DNA of 18,232 nucleotides from a candidate division FCPU426 bacterium. Lineage in GTDB: Bacteria; Oederibacteriota; JAAXVQ01; JAUVAV01. The notes under the pieces were generated by a model. That model was not told the DNA's origin, did not search any database, and saw only the letters and a list, made by a program, of their open reading frames with translations. Shown here one piece after another: positions 7,206 through 15,604 of the stretch. The stretch is taken from the NCBI GenBank assembly GCA_030637655.1, contig DAOWGI010000010.1:1-18232 (forward strand), read 5' to 3'. The first letter of the stretch is position 1. Each line of letters opens with the position of its first letter. The position numbers and the translations under genes were made by a program.

Positions 7206-8684
7206 TTGGATGTCATTCTCGCTATAGACCAGGGAACCACCGGAAACCGCGCTATTCTGTTTTCTCACACCGGAACCGTAGTGGCCGAAGCGTATCAGGA
7301 GTTTTCCCAATATTTTCCTCGTCCCGGCTGGGTTGAACACAATCCGGATGAGATCTGGCAGAGTGTGTATACGACGATTCAAAAGGTTTTGCGGCAGAAA
7401 CCAAATGCGCGTATCTGTGCCATTGGGATTGCCAACCAACGTGAAACCACGGTGGTTTGGGACCGCAAAACCGGAAAACCGGTCCAGCCCGCGATTGTGT
7501 GGCAATGCCGCCGCACAGCCCCGCGTTGTCTGGCCTTACAACGCCGGCCTGGTTTAGTTCACTATTTCCGCCGGAAAACCGGCCTGCCTATTGATGCCTA
7601 TTTCTCCGGCACTAAACTGGAATGGATTTTAAAAAACAATGCCCAGGCACGCGCCCTGGCCAAACAAGAACGTCTCTGTTTTGGAACTACCGATACTTGG
7701 GTTTTGTGGAATTTGACCGGCAAAAAAGTTCAGGCCACGGATTATACCAATGCCTCACGTACCCTGCTGTTTAATATAGAAAAACGTGCCTGGGATACGG
7801 ATATCTTGAAACGTTTTAAAATCCCTGCTTCCGTGTTACCGGAAATAAAATCATCTTCCGGTCTCTTTGGGCATACGGTCAAGCTGGGCAGCCTCCCTGC
7901 CAAGATTCCGATCACAGGGATCGCCGGTGATCAACAGGCTGCCTTGTTCGGTCAGACCTGTTTTGCTCCGGGTACTATAAAAAACACGTACGGGACCGGT
8001 TGTTTTGTTTTGCTCAATACCGGTCAACGCCGGATTCATTCCAAGCACGGACTCATTACTACCTTGGGCTGCGATGCCAAGGGGCAACCGGTCTATGTGT
8101 TGGAAGGCGCAATCTTCATCGCCGGCGCTGCTATTCAATGGCTGCGGGATGAAATGAAGATTCTGCGTCATGCTTCCGACTCGGAAAAAATGGCCGCGTC
8201 CTTGACTTCCAATGAAGGCGTCTATTTTGTTCCTGCTTTTGTTGGTTTGGGTACTCCCTATTGGGATCAAAATGCGCGTGGAACGCTGGTCGGTTTAACT
8301 CGCGGAACCAAACAAGCGCATTTAGTACGCGCGGCTTTGGAGGCCATGGCCTATGCGACGCGTGATGTTTTGGAGACCATGAAAAAAGAGTCCTGTCTCT
8401 CAATCTCTTCCTTGCAAGTGGATGGCGGTGCCGCGGCCAATTCCTTTCTCTGCCAGTTTCAAGCCGATGTGCTGGGTATCCCGGTCATCCGTCCTAAAAC
8501 TTTGGAACTAACTGCCTTGGGCGCGGCCTTCCTGGCTGGACTGCACGTTGGTTTTTGGTCCAATAGCCGGGCCATCAAGAAACTCTGGCAACAAGATCGC
8601 TGTTTCCGACCCCGCATAAATAAATCACATGCCAACCGCCTGTATCAGGGATGGTTAAGCGCTGTGCAACGGACCCGCTCATGA
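7206..8684 (+). CDS. glpK: Glycerol kinase
   Basis: ILAIDQGTTG, GWVEH, NQRETT, WQCRRT, YFSGTK, TDYTNASRT, GDQQAALFGQ, KNTYGTGCF; TTG 7206 follows AGGAGG. Confidence 0.97.
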   Translation: MDVILAIDQGTTGNRAILFSHTGTVVAEAYQEFSQYFPRPGWVEHNPDEIWQSVYTTIQKVLRQKPNARICAIGIANQRETTVVWDRKTGKPVQPAIVWQCRRTAPRCLALQRRPGLVHYFRRKTGLPIDAYFSGTKLEWILKNNAQARALAKQERLCFGTTDTWVLWNLTGKKVQATDYTNASRTLLFNIEKRAWDTDILKRFKIPASVLPEIKSSSGLFGHTVKLGSLPAKIPITGIAGDQQAALFGQTCFAPGTIKNTYGTGCFVLLNTGQRRIHSKHGLITTLGCDAKGQPVYVLEGAIFIAGAAIQWLRDEMKILRHASDSEKMAASLTSNEGVYFVPAFVGLGTPYWDQNARGTLVGLTRGTKQAHLVRAALEAMAYATRDVLETMKKESCLSISSLQVDGGAAANSFLCQFQADVLGIPVIRPKTLELTALGAAFLAGLHVGFWSNSRAIKKLWQQDRCFRPRINKSHANRLYQGWLSAVQRTRS

Positions 8685-10159
8685 CTCCTGCTTTTGATGT
8701 GCTTATTATTGGCGGCGGAGTTACCGGCGCGGCTATTGCGCGGGAACTTTCCCAATACAAGCTGAGCCTGGCTCTGCTGGAAAAAGAGGCTGAACTCGCT
8801 TTTGGGGTATCCAAATCCAACAGCGGAATTATCCACCCGGGAACACAAAATCCCGCTGATTCCTTAAAAGGCAAACTTTGTGTTGAAGGAAATCGTCTTG
8901 TTCGCCAACTCGCTATGGAATTGGGCGTACACTTTGTAGAAGTAGGAGAACTTATTGTTATTTTCCACGAGCAGGACCGGCCTGCCCTGCTCCGCATTAA
9001 AGAAGAGGCCGAACACCTTGGTGTCTCTGGTTTGGAGTTAGTGGATCGAACCTGGCTGCAAACGCATGAACCACTGTTAAACTCTGATATAGTTGCCGCG
9101 CTTTTTGCTCCCACTGCCGGAATTATCAGCCCGTATCGTTTTGTCTATGCTTTATCCGAAAACGCGCAACGCAATGGGGTGGAAATTTATCTTGAGCATA
9201 AAGTGACGGGTATAAAAAAACACTCCTCCGGATTTTTAGTGCGCACGGAAAATCAGGTTGCCTTCCAAACCCGCTATGTAATTAATGCCGCCGGATTATA
9301 CGCTGATGAGATAGCCCGCCTGATCGGCATTCAGAACATTGAGATTCATCCCCGCAAAGGCGAGGAATACTTGCTGGACAAAAAACAAGAGCACTTGACC
9401 CGCCATCTAATCTTTCCTTTGCCCGATAAAACCTCGAAGGGCATCTTGATCATTAAAACTTCGGACGGAAATCCCATGATTGGTCCAACCGCCGAACCGG
9501 TGGAAAGCAAAGAGGACCTGACCACCACTGAAGCGGGTTTGAACAAAATTTTGATATCTGCGCAAAAGCTGCTTCCAACCATAAGCAAAGAAGATATCAT
9601 TGCCTATTTCGCCGGGGTGCGGCCGGTAAGTGGAAATGATTTTATTATTCGTCACGAAGCTGCGGTTCCCGGGTTTATGCAAGTAGCGGGAATTCAATCT
9701 CCTGGTTTAACTGCCGCTCCTGCCATTGCCAAAATGGTGGGAAAGCTGTTACAGGAGCAGGGCTTGAAACTGAAGAAAAAACGGATCTTCCATAAACAGC
9801 GTCAGGCTTCGCCGCATCTTTTTAACCTGCCTTTGGCCCAGGCCAATAGGCTCATACACCGCAATCCTGCCTTTGGTGATATTGTTTGCCGCTGTGAGAT
9901 GGTTTCCGCCCAGGAAATCCGCGAGGCTGTGCAACAAGGGGCCAGAACCTTGGATGGAATTAAATTTCGCACGCGCGCCCAAGCCGGGCGCTGCCATGGC
10001 GGATTTTGTACCACCCGAATCATGAAAATACTGGCTGAGGAATTAAACCTTCCGCTGACCGAAGTGACAAAACGCGGTCCGGGTTCGGAAATTATTATGG
10101 ATTGTAGGGGCACAAAATTTTGTGCCCCTACGTCAGAACGTGACGCCAATGAAAAATAA
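8681..10159 (+). CDS. FAD-dependent oxidoreductase (GlpA/LhgO-like, probable glycerol-3-phosphate dehydrogenase) with C-terminal BFD-like [2Fe-2S] domain
   Basis: IIGGGVTG, SKSNSGIIH, GIQSPGLTAAPAIA, CRCE...GRCHGGFC; ATGA overlap with glpK. Confidence 0.92.
   Translation: MTPAFDVLIIGGGVTGAAIARELSQYKLSLALLEKEAELAFGVSKSNSGIIHPGTQNPADSLKGKLCVEGNRLVRQLAMELGVHFVEVGELIVIFHEQDRPALLRIKEEAEHLGVSGLELVDRTWLQTHEPLLNSDIVAALFAPTAGIISPYRFVYALSENAQRNGVEIYLEHKVTGIKKHSSGFLVRTENQVAFQTRYVINAAGLYADEIARLIGIQNIEIHPRKGEEYLLDKKQEHLTRHLIFPLPDKTSKGILIIKTSDGNPMIGPTAEPVESKEDLTTTEAGLNKILISAQKLLPTISKEDIIAYFAGVRPVSGNDFIIRHEAAVPGFMQVAGIQSPGLTAAPAIAKMVGKLLQEQGLKLKKKRIFHKQRQASPHLFNLPLAQANRLIHRNPAFGDIVCRCEMVSAQEIREAVQQGARTLDGIKFRTRAQAGRCHGGFCTTRIMKILAEELNLPLTEVTKRGPGSEIIMDCRGTKFCAPTSERDANEK
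10104..10131. repeat. GTAG-type REP palindrome inside the 3' end of the dehydrogenase CDS
   Basis: Perfect 28-bp palindrome gtaggggcacaaaa|ttttgtgcccctac, read as CRGTKFCAPT. Confidence 0.85.
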
Positions 10160-11162
10160 AACAAACCAACACGACCTCGTCATTGTTGGCGGCGGTCCGG
10201 CCGGTATGGCTGCCGCTTTAGCTGCCAAAGAATCCGGGATTCAGGATATTCTGCTGCTGGAGCGGGACCAGTATTTGGGCGGAATACTCAACCAGTGCAT
10301 TCATCCTGGTTTTGGTCTACGCCAATTCAAAACCGATCTAACCGGTCCGGAGTTTGCTGACAAATACATCCAGCAAATTGAAAAAACTCCTGAGATTCAG
10401 GTTAGTCTCCAGACCTTTGTTATACGCCTGGAAATTCAAACAGTAGGGGCGACCGGCCGGTCGCCCCTACTGACGTGCATCAAACCTGGTAAGCTGTTCA
10501 CTCTATCCGCCAAAGCAGTGATCATGTGTACCGGCTGTCGCGAACGTACCCGGGAAATGATTCCCATTCCCGGCACCCGGCCGGCTGGAATATTTACTGC
10601 CGGATTGGCACAAAAATTAATTAACCTGGAAGGACTTTTACCCGGACGTAAAGTAGTGATCATCGGATCAGGTGATATTGGGTTGATTATGGCTCGGCGG
10701 TTTTCCTTGGAAGGTGCGAAAGTAAAAGCGGTAATTGAAATACAGAAACAAATACGCGGATTACTGCGAAATGTGGTGCAATGCCTGGAAGATTTCCATA
10801 TCCCTTTGTACCTGCAGCATAAAGTCACAAAGATCGAAGGCCAAGACCGGGTATCGCAAGTAACGATCTGTCGCGTGGATGATCGCTTTCAAGCAATACC
10901 CGGCACCCAGTTTGAGATACCCTGCGACACAGTCCTTATTTCCGTTGGTCTTATCCCTGAAAACGAACTGCTTGAAATGGCCGGAGTACGGCTGGATAAA
11001 AAGACCAACACTCCTGTGCACCAACAATTAAACCACACCTCAATACCCGGAGTTTTTGTGTGCGGAAATGCTTTTCAGATTTATGACCTGGCCGATTCCG
11101 TAACCCGGGATAGCGTGCAAGCCGGAAAACAGGCAGCCGATTATGTGAGGTCCTGGGCATGA
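10149..11162 (+). CDS. NAD(P)/FAD-dependent pyridine nucleotide-disulfide oxidoreductase of glp clusters
   Basis: VGGGPAGMAAA, GGILNQCIHPGFG, TGCRER, IGSGDIGLIMARR, CDTVLISVGLIPENEL. Confidence 0.93.
   Translation: MKNKTNQHDLVIVGGGPAGMAAALAAKESGIQDILLLERDQYLGGILNQCIHPGFGLRQFKTDLTGPEFADKYIQQIEKTPEIQVSLQTFVIRLEIQTVGATGRSPLLTCIKPGKLFTLSAKAVIMCTGCRERTREMIPIPGTRPAGIFTAGLAQKLINLEGLLPGRKVVIIGSGDIGLIMARRFSLEGAKVKAVIEIQKQIRGLLRNVVQCLEDFHIPLYLQHKVTKIEGQDRVSQVTICRVDDRFQAIPGTQFEIPCDTVLISVGLIPENELLEMAGVRLDKKTNTPVHQQLNHTSIPGVFVCGNAFQIYDLADSVTRDSVQAGKQAADYVRSWA
10441..10472. repeat. GTAG-type REP palindrome in frame within the oxidoreductase CDS
   Basis: Perfect 32-bp palindrome cagtaggggcgaccgg|ccggtcgcccctactg (28-bp core 10443-10470), read as TVGATGRSPLL. 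Confidence 0.85.
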
Positions 11163-11518
11163 AAAAACGACTGATTTGTATAGAATGTCCCCGTGGTTGT
11201 GAAATTGAGGCTGAAGTAATTGATAATCGGGTAGTTTCCGTCACTGGCAACAAATGTGAACGTGGAGAGCTGTACACCAAACAGGAGCTGGAAAATCCGC
11301 TGCGCACATTGGCCTCGGCGGTACTCGCTGAGGGGTTAGCTGTAAAAATGATACCTGTCCGGACCAGTCAACCGATCCCCAAACACCTGCTCATGCCGGC
11401 CATGGAGGCAATTAAAACCATCCGCGTCACTCATCCGGTTCAGGTAGGCGAGATAATCCAGGCAAATTTTTTATCCCTGTTGGTTGATCTTATTGCCACC
11501 CGGAGTGTAACAAAATAA
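11159..11518 (+). CDS. DUF1667 family CxxC metal-binding protein
   Basis: ICIECPRGC, VTGNKCERG, ELENP.R, PVRTSQPIPK; usual fourth gene of this glp cluster; ATGA overlap. Confidence 0.9.
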   Translation: MKKRLICIECPRGCEIEAEVIDNRVVSVTGNKCERGELYTKQELENPLRTLASAVLAEGLAVKMIPVRTSQPIPKHLLMPAMEAIKTIRVTHPVQVGEIIQANFLSLLVDLIATRSVTK

Positions 11519-11519
11519 A

Positions 11520-11696
11520 TTATTCGCTTTTCTCTTTACCTTTGTCTTTGTTTTCCTCGCAAAAGGCCTTGATCACATCAATATGTTCCATAATTAATTT
11601 TGCTTTGGACAAACCGAAAGTGAAAGCATACTTATCCTCTTCGTTTCGCTTTAACGTAATTACCGCGTTGCCTTTATATTCACCAATCGTATGCAT
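11520..11696 (-). CDS. Small conserved-looking hypothetical protein (58 aa)
   Basis: AGGGG RBS before ATG 11696; GEYKGNAVITLKRNEEDKYAFTFGLSKAKLIMEHIDVIKAF has a globular beta-beta-beta-alpha pattern. Confidence 0.75.
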   Translation of the reverse strand: MHTIGEYKGNAVITLKRNEEDKYAFTFGLSKAKLIMEHIDVIKAFCEENKDKGKEKSE

Positions 11697-11794
11697 TATT
11701 TTCCCCCTATGAGTATGGATCATCTGGTTGTGGGATATTCAATTCACACTATCTTTTTACTACCACTCGTTGTGGTTGTCAAATCAAATCGGTG

Positions 11795-11998
11795 TGCCGG
11801 CGTAATATGCCGGCGTAATATGTCAGTGAACTAAGGGAAAGAAAATTAACCGCCGATGAACGCCGATAAATACAGATTAAAAAAATTTATCTCTTATGCT
11901 ATAAATATCTGCGTCTATCGGCGTTCATCGGCGGTTAATTTTGGTTCCGGTTTATCCGGATTAGGTTTTTCCCGCTTCACTGACATGATACGGTTCTA
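11795..11998. mobile_element. Nested MITE-like element enclosing a long hairpin repeat
   Basis: Outer IR cgtaatatgtcagtgaa / ttcactgacatgatacg; inner 36-bp IR 11842-11877 / 11907-11942 (33/36) built of 10-bp units; tail ggttccggtttatccggattagg; 13-bp tandem duplication tgccggcgtaata at 11795-11820. Confidence 0.7.
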
Positions 11999-12113
11999 TC
12001 CGGTTTTTTCTTGAATGCTCGTCAAGAGTGTGTTAGAAAACTAGGGATATGTCAGTTACGTGAGAAGCCTAAGTCAATCTCCTGGCTTCAAATTATTTAA
12101 GGAGAAAAATATT

Positions 12114-12641
12114 ATGCCAACACGATTAATAGTGCTTTTTACCTTAGCAGTATTTTTATTACCAAATAGCACGTTCGCACTTTTTGGAAAAACAAAAGAG
12201 AAAGAGGAAGCCAAACCAAATTGGACAGTAGAAATTGTGGGTATCCACGCCTATGCTAAGGACGTCAGGAATCTCCCGAAAAAAACAGAAATATTATCAA
12301 TTAGTACTGGGATAAACTGCTATGACAAGAATGTGGAATTTGGTGATATTAGTCTGGTAACGTATTATAACGTATTAACCCCATATTTATTTCAAGCTGT
12401 TTCAGAAAAGAAACTCTTCCCTAAGGTTATTATAAATTTAGAAAAAGGCGGAGTGCTGATAAATTATGAGCTTTCCGAGGCTATGATTACATCTGTTCGT
12501 CCGGGCGGATCCGCTCAGTCTTCTGAGCCCCTTCTTTTGCAGGAAGTCTCATTTAGTTTTAAAAAAATAAAGCTGAGTTATAAAAATTCAAAAACTGAAA
12601 GTGAGGTCGAACTTGTAAACAAACAGAAAAAAGCCGAGTAG
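12114..12641 (+). CDS. Hcp (T6SS tube, DUF796)-like protein with N-terminal signal peptide
   Basis: AAGGAG RBS; MPTRLIVLFTLAVFLLPNSTFA signal; TPYLFQAV...FPKV, Y.LSEAMITSVRPGGSAQ..EPL.LQEVSFSFKKIKLSY matches the Hcp C-terminal pattern. Confidence 0.7.
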   Translation: MPTRLIVLFTLAVFLLPNSTFALFGKTKEKEEAKPNWTVEIVGIHAYAKDVRNLPKKTEILSISTGINCYDKNVEFGDISLVTYYNVLTPYLFQAVSEKKLFPKVIINLEKGGVLINYELSEAMITSVRPGGSAQSSEPLLLQEVSFSFKKIKLSYKNSKTESEVELVNKQKKAE

Positions 12642-12749
12642 CTTTAGAGGACGGAGCTAAAATTCCGGACAGAGTATACGCTGAATAAAGCATCATTCCG
12701 GGTCGAATTGAAAGGCGGTTTTTTGAGGATAAAATCAGAAAAGCTTGAT

Positions 12750-12830
12750 TGATTCCGGCCACTTGTGGTATATTTTTAACCTTGGGATTTTGTTCAGTTA
12801 GCAGGGTGGCCGGAATCAGCGGTATATCCA
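12750..12830. repeat. 13-bp perfect inverted repeat, possible IS21-like terminal remnant
   Basis: tgattccggccac (12750-12762) / gtggccggaatca (12806-12818), followed by gcggtatatcCA; further ATTCCGG copies near 12662 and 12696. Confidence 0.4.
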
Positions 12831-12871
12831 TAGAGGAGAAAGGGAAGAACTTTTTTCTTAGAATAATACTG

Positions 12872-12897
12872 ATAATAACATTTTGTAATGTTATTAT
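12872..12897. promoter_or_regulatory. Palindromic operator candidate upstream of the acyl ligase fusion
   Basis: ataataacatt-ttgt-aatgttattat (11-bp perfect arms), 21 bp before the ATG. Confidence 0.45.
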
Positions 12898-12918
12898 AAC
12901 TTCCCTTAATATTTAGCT

Positions 12919-15435
12919 ATGACTATAAATAATTTAAATGAATTCTATAACTCAACTTGTCTGAATTTCAAAAATAATCTTCTATTTGATAATAAAATTA
13001 CGTTCTCCGATGCCCTGGCATTAGTAAAATCACGGGCTTCTTTTCTACAAAAAAAGGGGTATAAAAAAGGAGATGTTATTGCCATCCTGGCAAAAAATTC
13101 ATCCGACTGGGTTATAACCTATATGGCAATTACCTCCATCGGAGCGATTTGTCTAACCCTGGATACAAACCTTAAAAAGGCTGATTATCAAAAAATGCTT
13201 GATTTTGTAGGCAGTAAAGCGGTATTTGTCTCTCCAGAATATAAATCACCTTTTAAAAACAAGAAAATCTATGATATTTCTTTAAACCAAAACATCAGCC
13301 GCAGTGCTCCCCAAAAAACCAGCATAAAAGAAAATGATATAGCTACCTTGCTTTTTACTTCAGGAACCACAGGCAATCCTAAAGTCATCCAACTAACACA
13401 CAGCAATATAATCAAAACCACCATTTCCTGTATTAAACATTTGGACGTGCGGGGTACTGATACATACCTGGGAATACTGCCTCTGTATCATATATATGGA
13501 ATAATAGCCAATATAATGGGCATTTTGGGATCCGGCGCTCAGATTATTTTTCAACCGGTTCTTAAGGCACCGGATATAATAAAAAGTTTAAAAGAAAATA
13601 AAATAACCGTATTTCCAGCAGTTCCTCAACTATGGGAATTGTTTTTTGATGGAATAATAAATAAAGTCAAGGCCCAGTCCAAATTAAAGTACTGGAGTTT
13701 TATGTTTTTCCTCAATTCTGCGCCTTTGCTAAAAATTATGGGACTCTCATTTTTATTAAAAAAAATATTCAAACCCATCCATGACACTTTTGGACATTCC
13801 ATAAGATTTTTTATAAGTGCCGGCGCTCCCTTGAAGCAACAGTATTTTAGATACTACAGAAATCTTGGATATATAGTGCTAAATGCTTATGGCCTGAGTG
13901 AGACAACCGGACCTTTAAGTTCCACCTCTCTTTCTACAGCAAAACCCATATCCGTAGGAGAACCGCTGGCGGGCAATTATGTGAAAATTAAAAATGTGAA
14001 AGCAGACGGAGTCGGCGAAATATGGACAAAAGGCATCTCCCTTATGCCCGGATATTACAAAAGCCGAAAAGCTAATCAGGAGGCCTTTGATAAAGCAGGC
14101 TGGTTTAACACTGGAGACCTGGGATATATTGATAAACAAGGAGCAATATTTATAACCGGACGTTTAAAAAATATTATTGTACTGGCCTCAGGCAAGAATG
14201 TATATCCTGAGGAGCTGGAAGAATACTATAAAAAATCCGCCAAGATAGAAGAATTAGCAGTGTTTGGAAAAAAAATCAACAACACAGAGACAGCTTATGC
14301 TGTTATTGTCCCCAAAAACAAAACCCAAAATAGTTATAATGAAATAAAACAGGAAATCACTTCCCTGAACAAGGGATTACCCAGCTATAAAATAATAAGC
14401 AATTTCGCCCTCTCTTTTGATCCTCTGCCCAGGACACCAAAAAAATCACTGCCGATTTGGGAAATTGTTAAATTGTTGGAAAAAGGAGTTTATCAGACTG
14501 AAGCCGCCGGCTCAAAAATAAAACAGCAAGAATTATCAGGCAACACACCGGAGAGCAAACGGGTAATAAATGCACTTAAAATCAAATTGAGCCAAAATAA
14601 AATCTATGGAGTTCAAACCCTCTCTGATTTAGGTATTGATTCATTAAAAATGATAGATCTGATTGTTTATCTGGAACAAAAATTAGGAATTACCATCGAT
14701 ACGAACAGATTTATTAATTGCCTAAACCTGGAAGAGCTGGCTGCATATCTAGCCACCTGCGAAAAGCAGAAAAAGCAAACTCTGGATAAGGAAATTCTGC
14801 AAGGAAAAATAACTACCAGTACATTTTCAATATATAATCCCATACTTGAAGCAGCTTTATATTTAATTAAAATCATTTCCCAAGCTCTATGGAAACTGGC
14901 TATAAGACATAAAGAAAACATTAATATCAACAACAATATTATAGTTGCAAATCATGAATCCTTTTTAGATATAGTATGGATATTCGGTTTTATACCTTAC
15001 CGATTGCGAAAAAATATCTTTTTGCTGGGAAAGAAAGAAGTATCTTTTTTAAAATACATTTTTCCGGGAATAAAAACAATTTTTGTCGAGCGTAAAGGCA
15101 ATGTCGTTCCGGCTTTAAAAGCGGGAGCGGATGTTTTAAGACAGGGAAAATCCTTACTGATCTTCCCGGAGGGAACCAGGACAAAAGACGGAGGCCTTAT
15201 GGATTTTAAAACCGGCGCCGCTTACTTGTCAAAAAACCTCAAAAAAGAAATACTGCCTATAACCATTAAGGGGGCTTTTAAAATATATCCCAGAAACAGG
15301 TTGCTGCCTAAATTATTAACAAAAAACCAGGGTGAAATAATAATAAATAATAAAATAAATCCTGGAAAATTTAAAAGCATAGAAGAACTCAATAATAAAA
15401 TATTTGCTGTAATTAAATCCAATTTAAAAATTTAG
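12919..15435 (+). CDS. Fusion of long-chain acyl-AMP/CoA ligase, acyl carrier domain and PlsC-type acyltransferase
   Basis: FTSGTTGNPK, AYGLSET, FNTGDLG, GRLKNII; LGIDSL phosphopantetheine site; NHESFLD (HX4D) and FPEGTR. Confidence 0.92.
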   Translation: MTINNLNEFYNSTCLNFKNNLLFDNKITFSDALALVKSRASFLQKKGYKKGDVIAILAKNSSDWVITYMAITSIGAICLTLDTNLKKADYQKMLDFVGSKAVFVSPEYKSPFKNKKIYDISLNQNISRSAPQKTSIKENDIATLLFTSGTTGNPKVIQLTHSNIIKTTISCIKHLDVRGTDTYLGILPLYHIYGIIANIMGILGSGAQIIFQPVLKAPDIIKSLKENKITVFPAVPQLWELFFDGIINKVKAQSKLKYWSFMFFLNSAPLLKIMGLSFLLKKIFKPIHDTFGHSIRFFISAGAPLKQQYFRYYRNLGYIVLNAYGLSETTGPLSSTSLSTAKPISVGEPLAGNYVKIKNVKADGVGEIWTKGISLMPGYYKSRKANQEAFDKAGWFNTGDLGYIDKQGAIFITGRLKNIIVLASGKNVYPEELEEYYKKSAKIEELAVFGKKINNTETAYAVIVPKNKTQNSYNEIKQEITSLNKGLPSYKIISNFALSFDPLPRTPKKSLPIWEIVKLLEKGVYQTEAAGSKIKQQELSGNTPESKRVINALKIKLSQNKIYGVQTLSDLGIDSLKMIDLIVYLEQKLGITIDTNRFINCLNLEELAAYLATCEKQKKQTLDKEILQGKITTSTFSIYNPILEAALYLIKIISQALWKLAIRHKENININNNIIVANHESFLDIVWIFGFIPYRLRKNIFLLGKKEVSFLKYIFPGIKTIFVERKGNVVPALKAGADVLRQGKSLLIFPEGTRTKDGGLMDFKTGAAYLSKNLKKEILPITIKGAFKIYPRNRLLPKLLTKNQGEIIINNKINPGKFKSIEELNNKIFAVIKSNLKI

Positions 15436-15444
15436 TGTTTAAGG

Positions 15445-15488
15445 GTCGAGTAGACCGTAGGAACCACTCCTACAGACTCTCACAGAAC
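15445..15488 (-). mobile_element. 5'-truncated group II intron remnant (end of domain V plus domain VI)
   Basis: Minus strand GTTCTGTGAGAGTCTGTAGGAGTGGTTCCTACGGTCTACTCGAC: domain VI hairpin, bulged A seventh from the end, AC terminus. Confidence 0.7.
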
Positions 15489-15604
15489 ACCTAAGTTGTC
15501 AAAGTTAACACCGTACCCACTGGCTGACACGACGTATCCATGCGCCTGCAAATTATTTTTCAGCATACTCCCCTCCTATGCTATGCTCAAATACAGGAGG
15601 CTGT

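Noticed and set aside
7200-11307. Numerous antisense and alternative-frame ORFs over the glp operon
   Set aside because: Shadow ORFs of strongly supported genes.
12114-12641. Type VI secretion locus
   Set aside because: No sheath, baseplate, VgrG or ClpV genes in the window.
141-15488. One giant intron spanning both intron pieces
   Set aside because: On the minus strand the 3' fragment comes before the 5' end, so the order is wrong.
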